The notes beneath the pieces were generated by a model, which saw only the letters and a program-made list of their open reading frames with translations, had not been told where the DNA came from and did not search any database. From the NCBI GenBank assembly GCA_033442325.1, contig JAWQFM010000028.1:912558-976557 (forward strand): a stretch of 64,000 nt of DNA, in the 5' to 3' direction. The DNA comes from Salpingoeca rosetta (Eukaryota; Protista; Choanoflagellata). The position numbers and the translations under genes were made by a program. Below are positions 35,929 through 54,581 of the stretch, piece by piece (position 1 is the stretch's first letter; each line of letters starts with the position of its first letter).

Positions 35929-38355
35929 TCTTGTGTGAATTAGAGTGACCCCCCTCCTTCTTTTCCCCCGACATGCACGGGTTGCTTTCCATTCGGCAGC
36001 CAGTTTGCTGCTGCTAACACGTTACGATGATCATGACCACCACCGCCATCGCGACTGTAGGCGAGCTCATTCCCGCGTCGAAGATGCAGGAGCACATGCG
36101 CATCAGTCTCCTCGATCCAAAGTGGCGCGAGGAGAAGGAGAGGTACGACGCTCGCATTCGTCCTCGTGATTGTACACGTTTCAAAGATGGTTCGCAGTAC
36201 ACCACTGCGCCACTGCACCACACAGCCTTCCTGTTGGCACAGATCACCGCTCCTCGTTGACCTGTGTGACGCGTGCTTGCCAACACACTCCCTCACACTC
36301 CAACACACTCCCTCGCATTCACTCACACTCCCCACGTGTGTGCTGTGCGCCCCTTGCAGGCAGGAGCGTGAGGCTGCGAAGCGGAAGGAGGATTGGATCC
36401 GCAGCGGGCAGCAGACGATGGACCATCTAAAGGACATTGCTGCCCGCCGTACAGATATCTTCGGCTCTGGTGACATCGAAACAGAGATTGGCGAGAAGGT
36501 ACACATGCTACACGCGCGCAACACATTCGCATCCAGCGTGTTGTTGTTGGTTTCTGGCAGACCTGTGGATGCCGTAATGGGTGTGTGTCCTTTGCTTGTG
36601 CCTGTGTCTTTCCACTCTCTGTTTTGGCCTTCTTAGTCCCCCCTTGTGTGTGCTGGTGGTTGCATTTCCGGCCCTTGTGCACCCACCGTCTTCTTCGTTT
36701 GTTCGCTGACCCCACTTGTGTGGCGTACAGATTGGCGCGGAGGGAGCAGCAGAGACAGGCCCGCAGCAGAAGCCAGCGACCACCACAACCACCACCACCA
36801 CAACCACCACGACCAAAGCAACAACGTACCGTACACCGTTTGCACACGTTGATGGCACATTATTGCATGTTGCAGCTGCTCATGTGCGCGCTTTGGCTGT
36901 CGCTCACAGACTCACTGCATGTGCCACTCCTGTCATTGCACACATCATTGTACAACCGTCTGTCTGTTGTGTCTGTTGTGTGTGTTGTGTGGTGGTGTGT
37001 TGTGTGATGGTGTGTGTGTGTGTGTGCGTGTGCGTGCGTGTGTTGTGCTGCTGTCTGTGCTGCCTTGCAGCAACACCAGGCCTGCGCCTCCGCCCATCTC
37101 AAAGCCGCCAGCATCCACTGCCCCGCCCGCAGCCAAGTGAGCCCGAGTAGTCGTCGTCGTTGGTTGCTTGAGTCGTTGTGGTTGTAGTTGTTGTGGTTGT
37201 CGGTGTTGTTGCTGGTGTTGTTGTGGTTGTGGTTGTGGTTGTAGTTGTAGTTGTCGTTTGCGGCATGTCATGTCGCGTGCTAGCAACGAAACGTTCCATG
37301 ATCACTCTGACATGCCCAACCACCACCACCACCACCAGGCCTGCTGTCCCCGCCACGTCCGCTCCCTCGACCAGCACCGCTGCTGCGCCCCCGGCATCGC
37401 GGCGGCCACCGCCTCCGTCCACCACCGCTGCACCGCCGCCGCCGCGACCAGGGATGCCGCCAATGGGGGGTATGCCCCCTCGGCCGCGCATGCCCTTCCC
37501 CATGGGCCCGCCGCGTACCCGGCCCATGTACCCGCACCACCCGATGGGTCGCCCCGGGTTCCGCCCGCCCCCGCCGTTTGGGTTCCGCCCGCCCCCGCCA
37601 ATGGGGCCAGGCATGCACAGGCCTCCCATGCAGCAGCAGCCGCAGCACCAGCTCGTGCAGCAGGCACAGCAGCTGGCAGCAGCCCAGGTGTGGCCAATGA
37701 CCTTTCTGTGTGTATGTGTATGTGTGTGTATGTGTATGCGTGTGTGTGTGTGCGCGCGTGTGTGTGTTTTGCCCGTTTGGGTGATTCATTGAGCTCTTTC
37801 CATATCCTTGCACGCGCCTGCATATTGCTTCCGCGTACCTCATGCCTCGTGTGCTGTGCCTCATGTGTGGTGTGCAGGGTGGGCCGCCCACGAAGCGCAG
37901 CAAGACTGACGAGATGGTCAGCGCCCTCAAGCCCGAAGACCAGTTCCTCAAGGACCACTCGGTACACTTTCCTGTCATCCATACAATATGTTTTGAGTGT
38001 GTCGTGTGCGTGTGTTGTGTGTTGTGTGTGTGTTGTGTGTGTTGTGTGTGTGTTGTGTGTTGTGTGTTGTGTGTGTTGTGTGTGTTGTGTGTTGTGTGTG
38101 TCGTGCATGCGCTCTTGCAACTTCTGTGTTTGTTGTGCAAATGGTGCATGCCGAACACCTGGTCTCAGCCGCATGTCAGCTTGCGTTTCAGTTGCTGCTC
38201 ACACACCATGTACTCCATGCCCACGTTGTGTTTTCATCCCCACCTGTGTGCGCAGGGCGATGTGACGGTGAATGCGACGGTTGGTGTGGATGACGAGGCC
38301 TTCAGCCTCACCTCCGGCACCCAAGTCCACGTCACCCTCCCTTACACCGCCAAGG

Positions 38356-38441
<86 letters not shown>

Positions 38442-38898
38442 CTGATTGGCGTGGAGCCATGGCATTGCTCTGCGCTGTTTTTGTCTGCTTTAATTCTTTG
38501 CTTTCATCCAACATCACCATCTCACGTCCCACTGTTGCTGTCTGTTTTCTTGTTCTCTGGTTATGGTGCGTGTCTGCCAGGTGTCTGAGCTCAAAGCCAA
38601 GCTGCAAGGTTCGCTGAACCTTCCCGCCAACAAGCAGAAGCTGCTGCTGAATGGCGTTGCCCTGGCCAACTCCAAGACCCTCGCCTTTTACAACATCACC
38701 GCCGAGTCGAACGTGCGTGCGTGCGTGCGTGTGTTTGTGTGTGCGCGTGCGTGCGTGTGTGCGTGTGTGCGTATGCTTCCGCATGTTTGTTATTTTTGTG
38801 CGTTTGCATCACTTTGATCTTCCACCCTCACCCCCTCCCCACCCTACACATTCACACAGGTTGAGGTTGGGCTCAAGACGCGTGGTGGCAAGCGGTAA
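33027..38898 (+). CDS. SF3A1: Splicing factor 3A subunit 1 (SF3a120/Prp21), 5'-partial, many exons
   Basis: SURP2 [41 protein letters not shown]; [14 protein letters not shown]; [26 protein letters not shown]; ARRTDIFG; Pro-rich region; C-terminal UBL ending GLKTRGGKR*. Confidence 0.95.
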
Positions 38899-38930
38899 AG
38901 GCACAATTCTCAAGGGCTAGGCAACTCCCG

Positions 38931-39048
<118 letters not shown>

Positions 39049-39539
39049 GCACACACACACATCAAGCACACATCAAGCAAGCACACCAAGCACCAAGCAC
39101 CAAGCACCACAAACGACCCTCCTGGCAACGCGTGGTGTTGCTGATTGCGTCTGTTGTGTGTCGCAACGCGACCCCGCCAGCTGTCATGTTTGACAGGGCC
39201 AGTTGGACCTTGAACAATTTTGTTGGAGTTTGGCCACCCTAAATTTTCGGGATCTCGACGATTTGTTTAAATCTCCCGCAAGCTTTCGTCTTGCCGCGTT
39301 GGCGCTTGGTTGGACCGACTCAAAGTTAACGCCCCTTCCCTTCCTGCCTTCAGGCGAAAAAACAAACACGCACGCTCAGCAAGCCAGTGGAGTGCACGCA
39401 CAACAAGCAAGCAAGTCAGCATCACGCCACGCTCCCTCTGCTTTTCATTTTCCCCTTGCTGTTTCCTTCCCTCTCGTGCACGCACCTCTCCTTTGTTGTC
39501 TCCCTCTCTTCCCCAAACAACAACAACCCACCTTCCAAG

Positions 39540-39818
39540 ATGAACGCCCTTGACTTCCTCTCCCCTGGCTTCCAGCAGCCCCTCCTCGGTTGCTTCGGTA
39601 ACCCCATGGAGTGCCTCTTCACCTGGTGCTGCGCCGGTGCCGTGCTTGCCAGCTCCCGCACACACGTCGATGGCCGCGAGTGCGGTATCCTCGACTGCTG
39701 CTGCACCGCATCCCCCTTCCACGTCCGCGCGGTACGTGCGTGCAATCCACACAAGCAAGCACAGCAGCCACAGCACAAACGGCTGCAGCTGGCTGGTGTG
39801 TGTGTGAGAGAGAGAGAG

Positions 39819-39891
<73 letters not shown>

Positions 39892-40528
39892 GCGGCAACG
39901 GGTGTGCTGATCCTGAATGCGCGTGCATGTGTGGATGCGTGGATGTGTGGATGCGTGGATGTGTGGATGCATGATCAGCAACACGCATCAGCGAGAAAGC
40001 ACGCCACCACAAGCAATCTCGTAGCGACGGAACACAAAGCCAACTCATGCTCGCTCACGCTGAGTTGTCATTGACGATTGTTCTCACCTCGCCTGCCCTT
40101 GTTTGCCCCACCACCATGCTGCTGCCACAACCCTTTTGTAGGCTGTGCGTGCCAAGAACGGCGTCGAGCCCAACAAGGTCATGGACTGCCTGGCCATCTG
40201 CCTGTGCCCTGCCTGCTCCATCTGGCAGGCCGCCAAGGAGGGTGGTGCCCCCATCATCCCCGAGAGTGAGTCTCCCGTGCCCTTCTTGCCTCGTTCTAGC
40301 TTGCCCTTGTTTCACCAGCGTGTGCATGCACTCTTTGTTGCTGCATTGCCGAGGATTTGTGTTGCGTTTTCCCTCGGATCACCGCAATGTCTCTCTCTCT
40401 CTCTCATTTGTCGTCGCATCACCACCACCACCAATCAACTGGCCGCTCACGTTGTTGTGCTTCCCTTGTCTCTACCACCGACTTGTTACCGTGCACACTT
40501 TACAGAGGCTGCCTTCACCCGCCTGTAA
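39540..40528 (+). CDS. PLAC8/cornifelin-family Cys-rich protein, 3 exons (39540-39731, 40142-40265, 40506-40528)
   Basis: FQQPLLGCF...CLFTWCC...RAAVRAKNGV...DCLAICLCPACSIWQ matches the PLAC8 pattern; GT-AG introns join in frame. Confidence 0.85.
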
Positions 40529-41479
40529 GCGGAAACACCAACCATCAACAACACCATCAACGACACCAACATCCTTTTTGTTTGCTGGTGATTCAGTGCG
40601 ATGGAGGAGAGCTTAGTCGCCTCTCCCATCCCCTGTTTTGCCTCACCTCTTCCCTCTCTCCCCAACAATCAAGCAACAATACTTGTTCATGTCGTCCTTC
40701 TTGCGGGCAAGTGCTTTGGTTTCCTATCCCACACACCAACAACAATTCTTTGTCAATTCCTTTCTTGTCTCTTCATCATCTTGTTTTGCCTTCCCTGACT
40801 GCGTGTGCTGTTCATCCACGGGGAAGAGCTTTCTGGTGTTTACAGCAGAGAGTAAAAAAACGCCTTACAAGACCTCATCTTTGTTGCAAGGAAGAAGGAG
40901 TCGTTGTGGAAGACAACTTGGTGTGTGTGTGTTGTAGGTGAGGTGTGTTGTGTGTGTTGTGTTTGCACGCTTCGCAACGGGTGTGATGTGTGACATCATC
41001 TCGACCCAATGGTGTGTCAGAAGGAGGAGTGTAATGCGAATAGACCAAACACAGTTCGCAAGTCGCAAAGAAAACAAAAGATCAATCAACATGGGGAGGC
41101 GAAGGAAGCCAGGAACAGTGTGTGTGCGTGCGTGTGCGTGGCCCAGCCACAGCATGTACGCGAGCTTGCAGGGTAACAACATGTCATCACAACCCGACAG
41201 CCATAACAGAGCGTGATCTGCGAACAGGCAAGGCAGTGTTTCCAGGCCAGGGGCGATGAAGGAGAAGAGGACATCAAGTAGAAACAACACAGCACAGACG
41301 AGGCAGACAACATGGCACAAGACAAAACAGAACACGTGACGTGACATGACAAAGCGCAATGCTTCACAACACAACACAACACAGCACAACACAACACAAC
41401 ACAACACAACACAACACAACACAACACAATACAACACAACACAACGACACCACAACACTACACAACACAGGAAAGCACG

Positions 41480-43196
41480 TCACGATGGGTTGATGCGGGC
41501 CTGGCAGCGCTTGATGGCGGAGACGATGCTGGGGCTTGGCCGACCGCTGAGTGCCAGGAATCCGTCTGCCGCCTCCCTGTACAGCTCCAACGCCTCCTGG
41601 TGTCGGCCCATCACCTCCATTGTCACTGCGCGCGAGTGCACGGCCTCCAGGGTGATCTTGTCGTGTGCGCCCCACGCCGCATCGGCAATGTCCTGCGCCT
41701 CCTGCGCCGCCTTGAGCGCATCGTCAAACTTGCTCAGGTACCGCTGCGAGAGCGAGATGTTGAGCAGCGTCGTGCAGACCTTCTTCGGGTCCCGCTTCCC
41801 CGTCGTGCGGAACACGCCCAGCGCGCGCGTGTAGTAGTCCAGCGCCTCTGCATGCTTGTCCATGGCCGCGCACGTGTTGGCGAGGTTGCCCCACACCGCA
41901 GCCAGTCGCACGTCCTCAGAGTCCTCCGTCAGGTTGTGCATGTTGTAGACGACGAGCACACGCTCCAGGTCCTGCTTCGCCTCTGAGAACTCGTTCCTGT
42001 CGAGGTGAATGTTGCTGCGGAGGAGGAAGAGTGCGCTCACTTCCATGCGACACGGCTCAAAGGACGCATCGTGGCGCACGCTCGCCGGGTCCACGTAGCT
42101 GCGGGTGTACGCCTTGCACACGTCAAGCGCTTTCTTCGTCTGCTTGTTCTTGTACAGCACGCCAGCCACCTTCGCAGCCATGCTCAGCGTGTACGGGTGC
42201 GTCGCACCAAGCACGCGCTCCTGGTGTATGTGGCGTGGGGGGGGGGAGGGGTTGTTGTTGTTGGTGGTGGTGGTGGTGGAAGAGGCGACAGAAGAAGTAG
42301 CACATGTCTTAGCGAGTCAAAAGAACGGAAAGCATACACTAGCACACACATACACACTAGCACACACATACTAACACACACATACACACACTAGCACAGA
42401 CAACACACACACACACACACACCTGGACTTTGAGGCTCTGGTTGAAGAGGTCGAGGGCGAGCTCCTTGTCGTCCATGCGATCAACAAATGAGGCGATGGC
42501 GGCCGACTGGTCCAGCACGCGCTTGAGCTTCTTCCCCTTGAGCTGTGGAATCGTCGCCATCAGCACCCGATATGCAGCCGTGCACGCGTCCTTCTTCTGC
42601 CGATCGCTGAGCGCGCCCCACATGCGCTTGATGTACGCCGACCCCGCCGTCTCCGACGACGCCACCAGGTGCAGCAGGAAGCGCGGCTCTCCCAGCGCCG
42701 CCGCCACTTGCTCTCGTGACGCGTGCTCCTGCAGCAGATGCGACAGCTCCAGCGACAGGTGTGTGGTCGTGCCACCCTCGCCGACGAGCTTGCCAAACGT
42801 GGCAATGAGCGTGTCCACGACCGTGCGCACGTGCGCGGCGCTGTAGCGAGCGCGGACAAGGGCGGCAAAGTGGGGACTGGTGAAGGCGTTGAAGTGGTGG
42901 ATGGAGTGATACTGCACGAGTGGACTCAGGGCCTCACGCAGCAGCAGCCACTCGCGCATCGCAGAGGCGACTGGTTTTGGAAAAGGTGTGGAGGGAGGAA
43001 CGGGGTGTAGATAGATAGAGGATGGGGGATGGGTGAGTTCATGGGTGAGTGCATGGGGTGACATGGAACTGCAAGGAGTTGAATGGCGTGCGTGCAGCAA
43101 TGCGGCAAACGCAACCGAATTACGCTGCCGCAAACACACGAAACAGGTTGCAACACACACACACACACATACACACACACACACGCACACACACAC

Positions 43197-43254
<58 letters not shown>

Positions 43255-44827
43255 GTGCATCACATTCCAAACAAGCACAAGCCCGACCACCGCGCAATGG
43301 TGCGGACTGACCGCCGATGGAGCGGAGCATGGTGGCGAGTTCGACGTCGGTGCAGCCCTCCTGGCAGATGCACAGCGCAAGGACACACATGCGCACAACC
43401 TCGACAGAATGTCGCTTCTCCAGCACGTCGATAAACGCGCTCACAGCCAGCTCTGCACCGGGCACGGAGACGGGCGGGTCGTGCTCGTGTGTCCACGTGC
43501 ACGCAATCATCCCCAGCATGGCCAGCAGCAGCGGGGTGACGTGTGACGCGGGCAGACAGCTCAGCAGGCCGGCCAGCTGCTGCTTGGAGACAGTGCGGCG
43601 ACGGAGGCTGAGGTGGCTCTGCAGTGCGCTCTTGAACGCGTCCTTGGTTGGGAGGGCGAGCGGCCGGAACATGGCTTCGGGTATCTTCGTTCGCAGGGGC
43701 TTCACCTCCGCGTCGTTTGTGAGGACGATCATGCGAACGGACCCGGGCAGCACCGGGGGCAGCCACTGCAGCAGGGAGAGCGGGCGCCCTGCCGTTGTCT
43801 CCAGCGACGCCGGGTCAGCGTCCATGATGATGACGACGGGCAAGTATGGCGACGCAAGCCGCATGACACTCGACCACCGCCGCACGAGGTCGGCCTCCTC
43901 GGACGGCTGCTGCTTCATGTCGCCGTCATACACCATGCACAGGTGCCGGTTCAGGTCGTGCAGGAACGACTGCAGGTTGCTCGCCCGCGGGGTGAGACCT
44001 GCGAACCGCGGCATGATGACGCGCTCCGTGTGGCTCTTGGTCGGCAGGTCCGCAGCCAGCGCCGCCATCTGCACCGCTGCTGTTGTCCGGCCGCCGCCCA
44101 GTGGCGCGTGGATCACCAGCGGTGGTGCCGGCTTTTCCAGCAAGATGTACTGCTTGACGACGGGCTCTGGGTACAGCCGCGGCAGCTGCTGCGCTGACGG
44201 CGCCATGCTGGTGCTGAAGGCGAGGTGGTCCTGCATCTCCAGCACCAGCGCCGAGTCTGGCTCAGCGAGCGTGCCGAGCCGCCCGACAATTGCCTGCGCA
44301 AGGCACGCCACGTAGCTCTTGCACACGGCCAGGCAGTACTGTTCCGAGTCGTAGGTGGTGGCCTCCAGCCCAAACGGCATGTCGACAGGGCGCTCCCATG
44401 TCGCGGTCTGCAGCACGGGGGCAGCGGCGTGCATGGCGGTGTCGCTGTCGGCGAGGGCGGGGAAGGAGGACTGCTCCATGGTTGCGCGCACGTTGGTCAT
44501 CTGCAGGTGCACGATGCACTCTGGCTTGAGCAGGCTGTTGGCCAGCGACACTTCCTGCTCCTCCAAGCACTTGAGTTGCGACGATATCAGTGATGCCTGC
44601 AGGCACTCCAGCACTTCCTGGCGCTCCTCTGTTTTGTGTTGGAGGAGGAGGGGGATGTATGAGAGGGTGTGTGAGTGAGAGTGAGTGAGTGAGTGAGTGA
44701 GTGAGTGAGTGTGTGTGTGTGGGGAGGGGGATGAGTGTAAATGAGAGAGTGAGTTGGGGGGAGGGGGATGAGTGTAAATGAGAGAGTGAGTGTGTGTGTG
44801 AGTGTGTGTGTGAGTGTGAGTGAGTGA

Positions 44828-44868
<41 letters not shown>

Positions 44869-46214
44869 TGAGTGTGTGAGTGTGTGAGTGAGTGAGTGAG
44901 TGAGTGAGTGAGTGGGTGAGTGAGTGAGTGTGTGTGTGCGAGCAGCAGGTGATGTACCGTTGCTGAGAGGTGACGTGAGCCAGAGGGTGTGCGGTTCGCT
45001 GGAGGGGCAGTTGTTGTTTCGCTTGTAATACTTGTTCATCAGCTCTGGTGACGTAGGGGACGGCGAAGGTGGAAGGTGGTGAGTGATGAAGACCGCAAAG
45101 ACAGACAGACAGACAGACAGACAGACACACGTGCGCACGCATTTACCTGTGTCGTCGATGCGGGACTGGTCCTTCTTGGTGAGGGAGGACGGGATCACGA
45201 CGCTGCCCATTGCATCAGGGGCTGAGCTGAGCCGCACGAAGATCGGCAGGATCTCATCCGACGCCATTGACCGGATAAACTTGAGGTGCAGCGCCTCCAT
45301 CTCCTCCGTCGTGATTGGCTGTTGGCCCAGACCCTCGTGCCTGTGCATGCGTGTGCGTGTGTATGTGTGTGGATGTGAGCGAGTGAGTGAGTGTGCGCGC
45401 GATGTGTTTGAGAGAGTGTGCGTGAGTGAGTGAGTGAGTGTACGCGCGATTTGTTTGAGAGAGAATGTGTGCGTGCGCGCGATTTGTTTGTGTGTTGATG
45501 TGAGTGAGTACAAGCAAAGATAACAAAGCGCGAGCGAGCGTTTGGCGTGGAAAGTCATGTGGGTAAACAGGGCACGGCACGGAGGCCCAACACAACATGC
45601 ACTCACAGGTCGATGAGGTCGGCGGGCAGGTCAAACTGATTGAGAGACCATTCCCGAAGGAAGACGTGAGCATGCTCGCGGATCGTCTTCACTTCCAGCG
45701 CAGCACACTCCTCGGAGTAGCACAGGTACACGCACACGCGACGTGGCTGGTGGATATCCTCGGGGAGGGCGCGGCCGCGGATGACGCGACTCCTGCGCAG
45801 CGCGGCCTTTTGTGGATTCACCTCGGGCGAGGCCGGCGCATTCGGCAGCTTCATGGTCCGCAATGCCTTGATCAGGGAGCTCTCATCGTGCTCCTCCACT
45901 GCCATCATGAGCATTGTGACAGGCGATTTTTGAGGTCGGGAAGGGAAGGAGGGGGGGGGGGGGGTTGCGAGCAGTGTGCGATAGTACGTGTGTGTATATG
46001 TGTATGTGTGTATGCGTGTATGTGTGTGTGTGTGTGTGTATCGGAAGAAGTGTGTCGAATGAATGCTTCAGGCAGACACACACAAGGACACGCATAGGTT
46101 GTTGTGCTTACGTGCTGATGCGTGGTTTGCTGTGGCGCCGTTTGTGTCTTCATCGTCCTTCTTCGGAGCGCTGCTAGAAGGGGCCTTGGATGGCTTCGAC
46201 GCAGCCTTTCCCAT
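41480..46214 (-). CDS. STAND/NACHT-like NTPase (NWD/NPHP3-like) with N-terminal DUF4062-like region and C-terminal TPRs; predicted N-myristoylation
   Basis: Start MGKAAS; RRVCVYLCYSEE...LIDL; PPLVIHAPLGGGRTT (Walker A-like); PRFAGLTPRAS; PVVIIMDAD (Walker B-like); WLPPVLP; TPRs such as WGNLANTCAAMDKHAEALDYYTRAL. Confidence 0.75.
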
Positions 46215-46419
46215 CCTCCTGATGAGCGAGCGAGCGAGTGTGAGCGAGCGCGTGTCCGTGCGTGCGTTGGTGGGTGGGTGTAAGGTTGTTGTGTTGTGCG
46301 CGTTGTTGTGTTTGTTTGTTTGGGTGTTGTTGTTGTTTCGTGTTTGCCTGTTTTGCACATCATCCAAGACGAAGAAGAAGAAGTGAGTGTGAGTGTGTGA
46401 GGAGCAGAGCAGAGACGTT

Positions 46420-46494
<75 letters not shown>

Positions 46495-46520
46495 CACCAC
46501 AGACACGCATACCCACACAG

Positions 46521-50895
<4,375 letters not shown>

Positions 50896-50907
50896 CACCC
50901 ATGGCCA

Positions 50908-51007
<100 letters not shown>

Positions 51008-51390
51008 TGATGCGCGTTGCTGCTTGAATGTAACGGTTTCTATTGCTGAACAAGGTTGTTACTCGCTTGTCCGGTCTCTCGCCAACAAGGTCAACTTTAG
51101 ACATGTTGCTTTCATTTTATTCATCGTCGCTTACGAAATATGACAGGCCCCATCGAAACGTGGAAATGGCTTGCAGGCGTAACAAAAAGAGATGTGTTTG
51201 GCGAGGCAAGAGGGAGGTGACAGAAGGGACACATGTGTACATAAAGAAAGAGCCACACAGACACACACAGAGACACAGACGCACACAGACACACACAGAC
51301 ACGCAGACACACACACACACACACAGACAGACAAACACACAGACATACACACAGACACACACAAATCACACCACTGCAGTCGGTGTCGTT

Positions 51391-53313
51391 TTACTTTGCT
51401 TCTTCCATGGCGGTGGTGATGGCATGGGACCAGTCCTCCAGTGTCAGCGAACTCTTCCCCTCCACGCATTGCATAATGTAGATGCGACCCGGCACTGAAA
51501 CGCGCAGGTCCCGCCCCTCCACATCAACAGCAGTGATGTGTTCAAGGGGAATGTGCCCGCGTGGAATGTCGCCATCGCGGCTCGACTTGCAGTACGTCAG
51601 CGCCGTGTCCGTCAGCCTGAAGAAGCGAGTGCGAAACCCTTTGTGCCGCCCACCCCTCTTCTTCAGCCATCCCCCCATACGCACCACGCCGCCAAACTTG
51701 CCAATGCCGACCCCCAGCCCGTCGCCGCCCTGCTCTGCCGCAATCCGGGCTGCGCACCCGCGAGCGATGCCCAAGTTGCGCTCTGTTGCCACCGTGAACG
51801 GGTGTTCGGGTCCCAGCGTGCCCATGAACACTGCCACCGCCTCCTCCACCATGCCGACGCCTCGTGCGCCGTGGCCCTGCTTCACCAGCGTCGTGCCCAA
51901 GTTCGCCAGCGCCAGCCCAATGTCCGGGTGCGCGTCGCCGAGCACAGCGCGCTTGATGGCGAGATCGCGCTCGTAATACTCAACGGCGCGGGCAAAGTCG
52001 CCCCTCTCATCGTATGCGTTGCCGAGGTTTCCCACCGCCATGGCCGTGCTCGGGTGCTCCTCCCCAACCGTCACCAGGAAGATGGCCAGCGCCTTGTTGA
52101 AGCACTCGATCGCATCGGCGTACTGCTTGCCCTCCAGCAGCACCGTTCCCAGGCTGTTGTACGACTGCGCCACCAGCGGGTGCTCCTCCCCCAGCGCCCG
52201 GCAGCCCGCCCGAATCGCCCGCTCATACAGCGCCACCGCCTTGCTCGTGTCGCCGTTGTTGTCGTGCGCAAACCCGAGCGTCTGCAGTGCACACGCCGTG
52301 TCGCGGTGGTCCTCGCCCAGTGTGCCCACCAAGATGTCCACGGCCCGCTGGCAGCACGTGACGCCTGTTTCCGCGTCCCCGGCCTCCGCGGCTGCGCTGC
52401 CGATGTTGGCGTACGCCTTGGCCGTCAGCGGATGCTCGTCGCCGACGGTGGCGCGGAAGATGGCCAGCGCCTTTGCGCCGCACTCCGCAGCCTGCTCGTA
52501 GTCGCCGTTGCTGCGGTGCGCCTCGCTCAGGTTCACGTATGTCACGCCCGTGTCCTGGCTGTGCTCGTGGCCATGGGCCAGCGCCACGCCGAGGTCCTTC
52601 ATGTGCAGCTCAATGGCCCGCTCGTGCTCTCCAAACTGATCCAGCACCGCCCCCACCTGTCCGCACAGCAGGCCGTACAGCTGCGTCTCCGTCTCGCCCG
52701 ACTGCTCAAGCTCGTCGACGAAGGACAGCGCTGCCTGCAAGCACCACTGTCGCATCTGGTTCTTGACGGCCTCGTCGAGCGCAGGAAAGCCGACGCTGGC
52801 GCGGATGGCCCCGAAGATCATGTCCCTGTCCTCGGCTTTCCAGGCCTCTGCTTTCTCTGCCTGCACGTCCACCAAGGCATCGGTGACCACGTCAAAGTTC
52901 TGTGCCAGCGCCTGTCGGAGCTGGCCACGCTCCCCCTTTGGCAGCCTGATCTCCAGCTCCACCTCGGGCTGGCTGATGCTGCAGAAGATTTCCCACAGGC
53001 ACCACGCGCGCGTCAGCGGCACGGGGTTGTTCCAAGGCGTCAGCACCAGCAGCACTTTGCCGATGGATGCGATCGAATCCTTGAACGTCGTGCTCCACCT
53101 GCAGCGTTGAGTTGTGGGGTGTTGGGGGGGGGGGGGTGTCGAGGAGGGGTGTGAGATGGTGTGAGTGAGTGGAGTAATTAAGAGTGTGGTACAGTGACAT
53201 GTGACGTTGTATGCGGGGGCCGATCGCCAAATCCCATATGCATACGCACACAGAGGGGGAGAGAGGGAGAGGGAGGGGGAGAGAGAGAGTGTGTGTGTGT
53301 GTTTGTGTGTGTT

Positions 53314-53397
<84 letters not shown>

Positions 53398-53878
53398 CCG
53401 TTGTGCTGGACCATGTGCGTTGCTCTGACCCCAACAGCCATCGTTATCGCTCAATCAACCACACACACATTCACACACACACACACAACACTGACCACTC
53501 TTGGGGGAGGTTGGCGGTGACGTTTTGATGCTGGTTGTTCATGAAGAGATCGAACCAGAAGTGGGTCTTGCGGCCATGCTTGCTCTCCTCCTCCTCGGCA
53601 AACTCCAGCAGCGTGGTGAGGACATCCACGATCTTGTAGCGCCACGCATGCGACACAAACACGGTTGCAGGGCGCACGTCATCACTGCCGTTTTGATCCC
53701 GCATCACGTCAATGTACGCGCACTGCTTCTCCTCTGTTTGTGGCACAACAAACTCCACGCACGCCTCCTGCGTTGTCATGTCCTTGTGCTTCTCTGGAAA
53801 CGCCGTCTCAAGGCCCTGCAGGAAGGACCGGATCGCTCCCGCAGACACCCCATCCGTGTTGATGCCGGGTGGAGGCAT
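51391..53878 (-). CDS. HET/TIR-like N-terminal domain + kinesin-light-chain-type TPR array + C-terminal PH domain, 2 exons (53878-53496, 53098-51391)
   Basis: FVSHAWRY...[11 protein letters not shown]...[17 protein letters not shown]; about seven 42-aa TPRs ([15 protein letters not shown]); PH domain [20 protein letters not shown]...PRGHIPL...WSHAI. Confidence 0.85.
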
Positions 53879-53962
53879 GATGGCTGTGCGCGGGCGTGGT
53901 TTGGTGTTCTGAAGTCGGGAAGAATTGCAACATCACCCAGCAACATTCGAATGCTTTGGGTG

Positions 53963-54055
<93 letters not shown>

Positions 54056-54581
54056 GTGCGTGTGTGTGTGTGTGTGCGTGTGTCTGCCTCTGCCTCTCCC
54101 TCACTCTCTTAATCAAATCCGCACACGCACGCACACGCACGCTTGAGAGCTGTGTTTAATGCTGGGAAATAGACACGACCAACAGAAGATGTCTAGAGAT
54201 GGCATTCATTCATGTACACAGGGAGAAACATCGAGAGCAGCTACATCAAGACAAGCACAGGAAGAAGAACAGGCAATTGCACGAGCATGGACAGGAGGTA
54301 CACGCACACGCGCGCACAATACAATAAACCCACCAACTACGCGCGCGCACGCACAGCCAAGCGGGCACCATGGGCCTAGAGTCGCCTTCGCCATAGCAAT
54401 CACTGCCATCACCAGTCGCTGTCAGCAGCACCAGCATCCACCAGCATCCACCACAACTAGCATCAACATCACCCCTTGCACCACAACACCACCACAACTA
54501 GCATCAACATCACCATGTCAACCTCCCCCCCCCCAATCACATCACACCACCACCATCAATAGCAATAACACCACCACTTTG

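Noticed and set aside
39540-40528. Metal-handling link between the PLAC8 gene and the Cu-ATPase
   Set aside because: They are 34 kb apart with unrelated genes in between; no evidence of a cluster.
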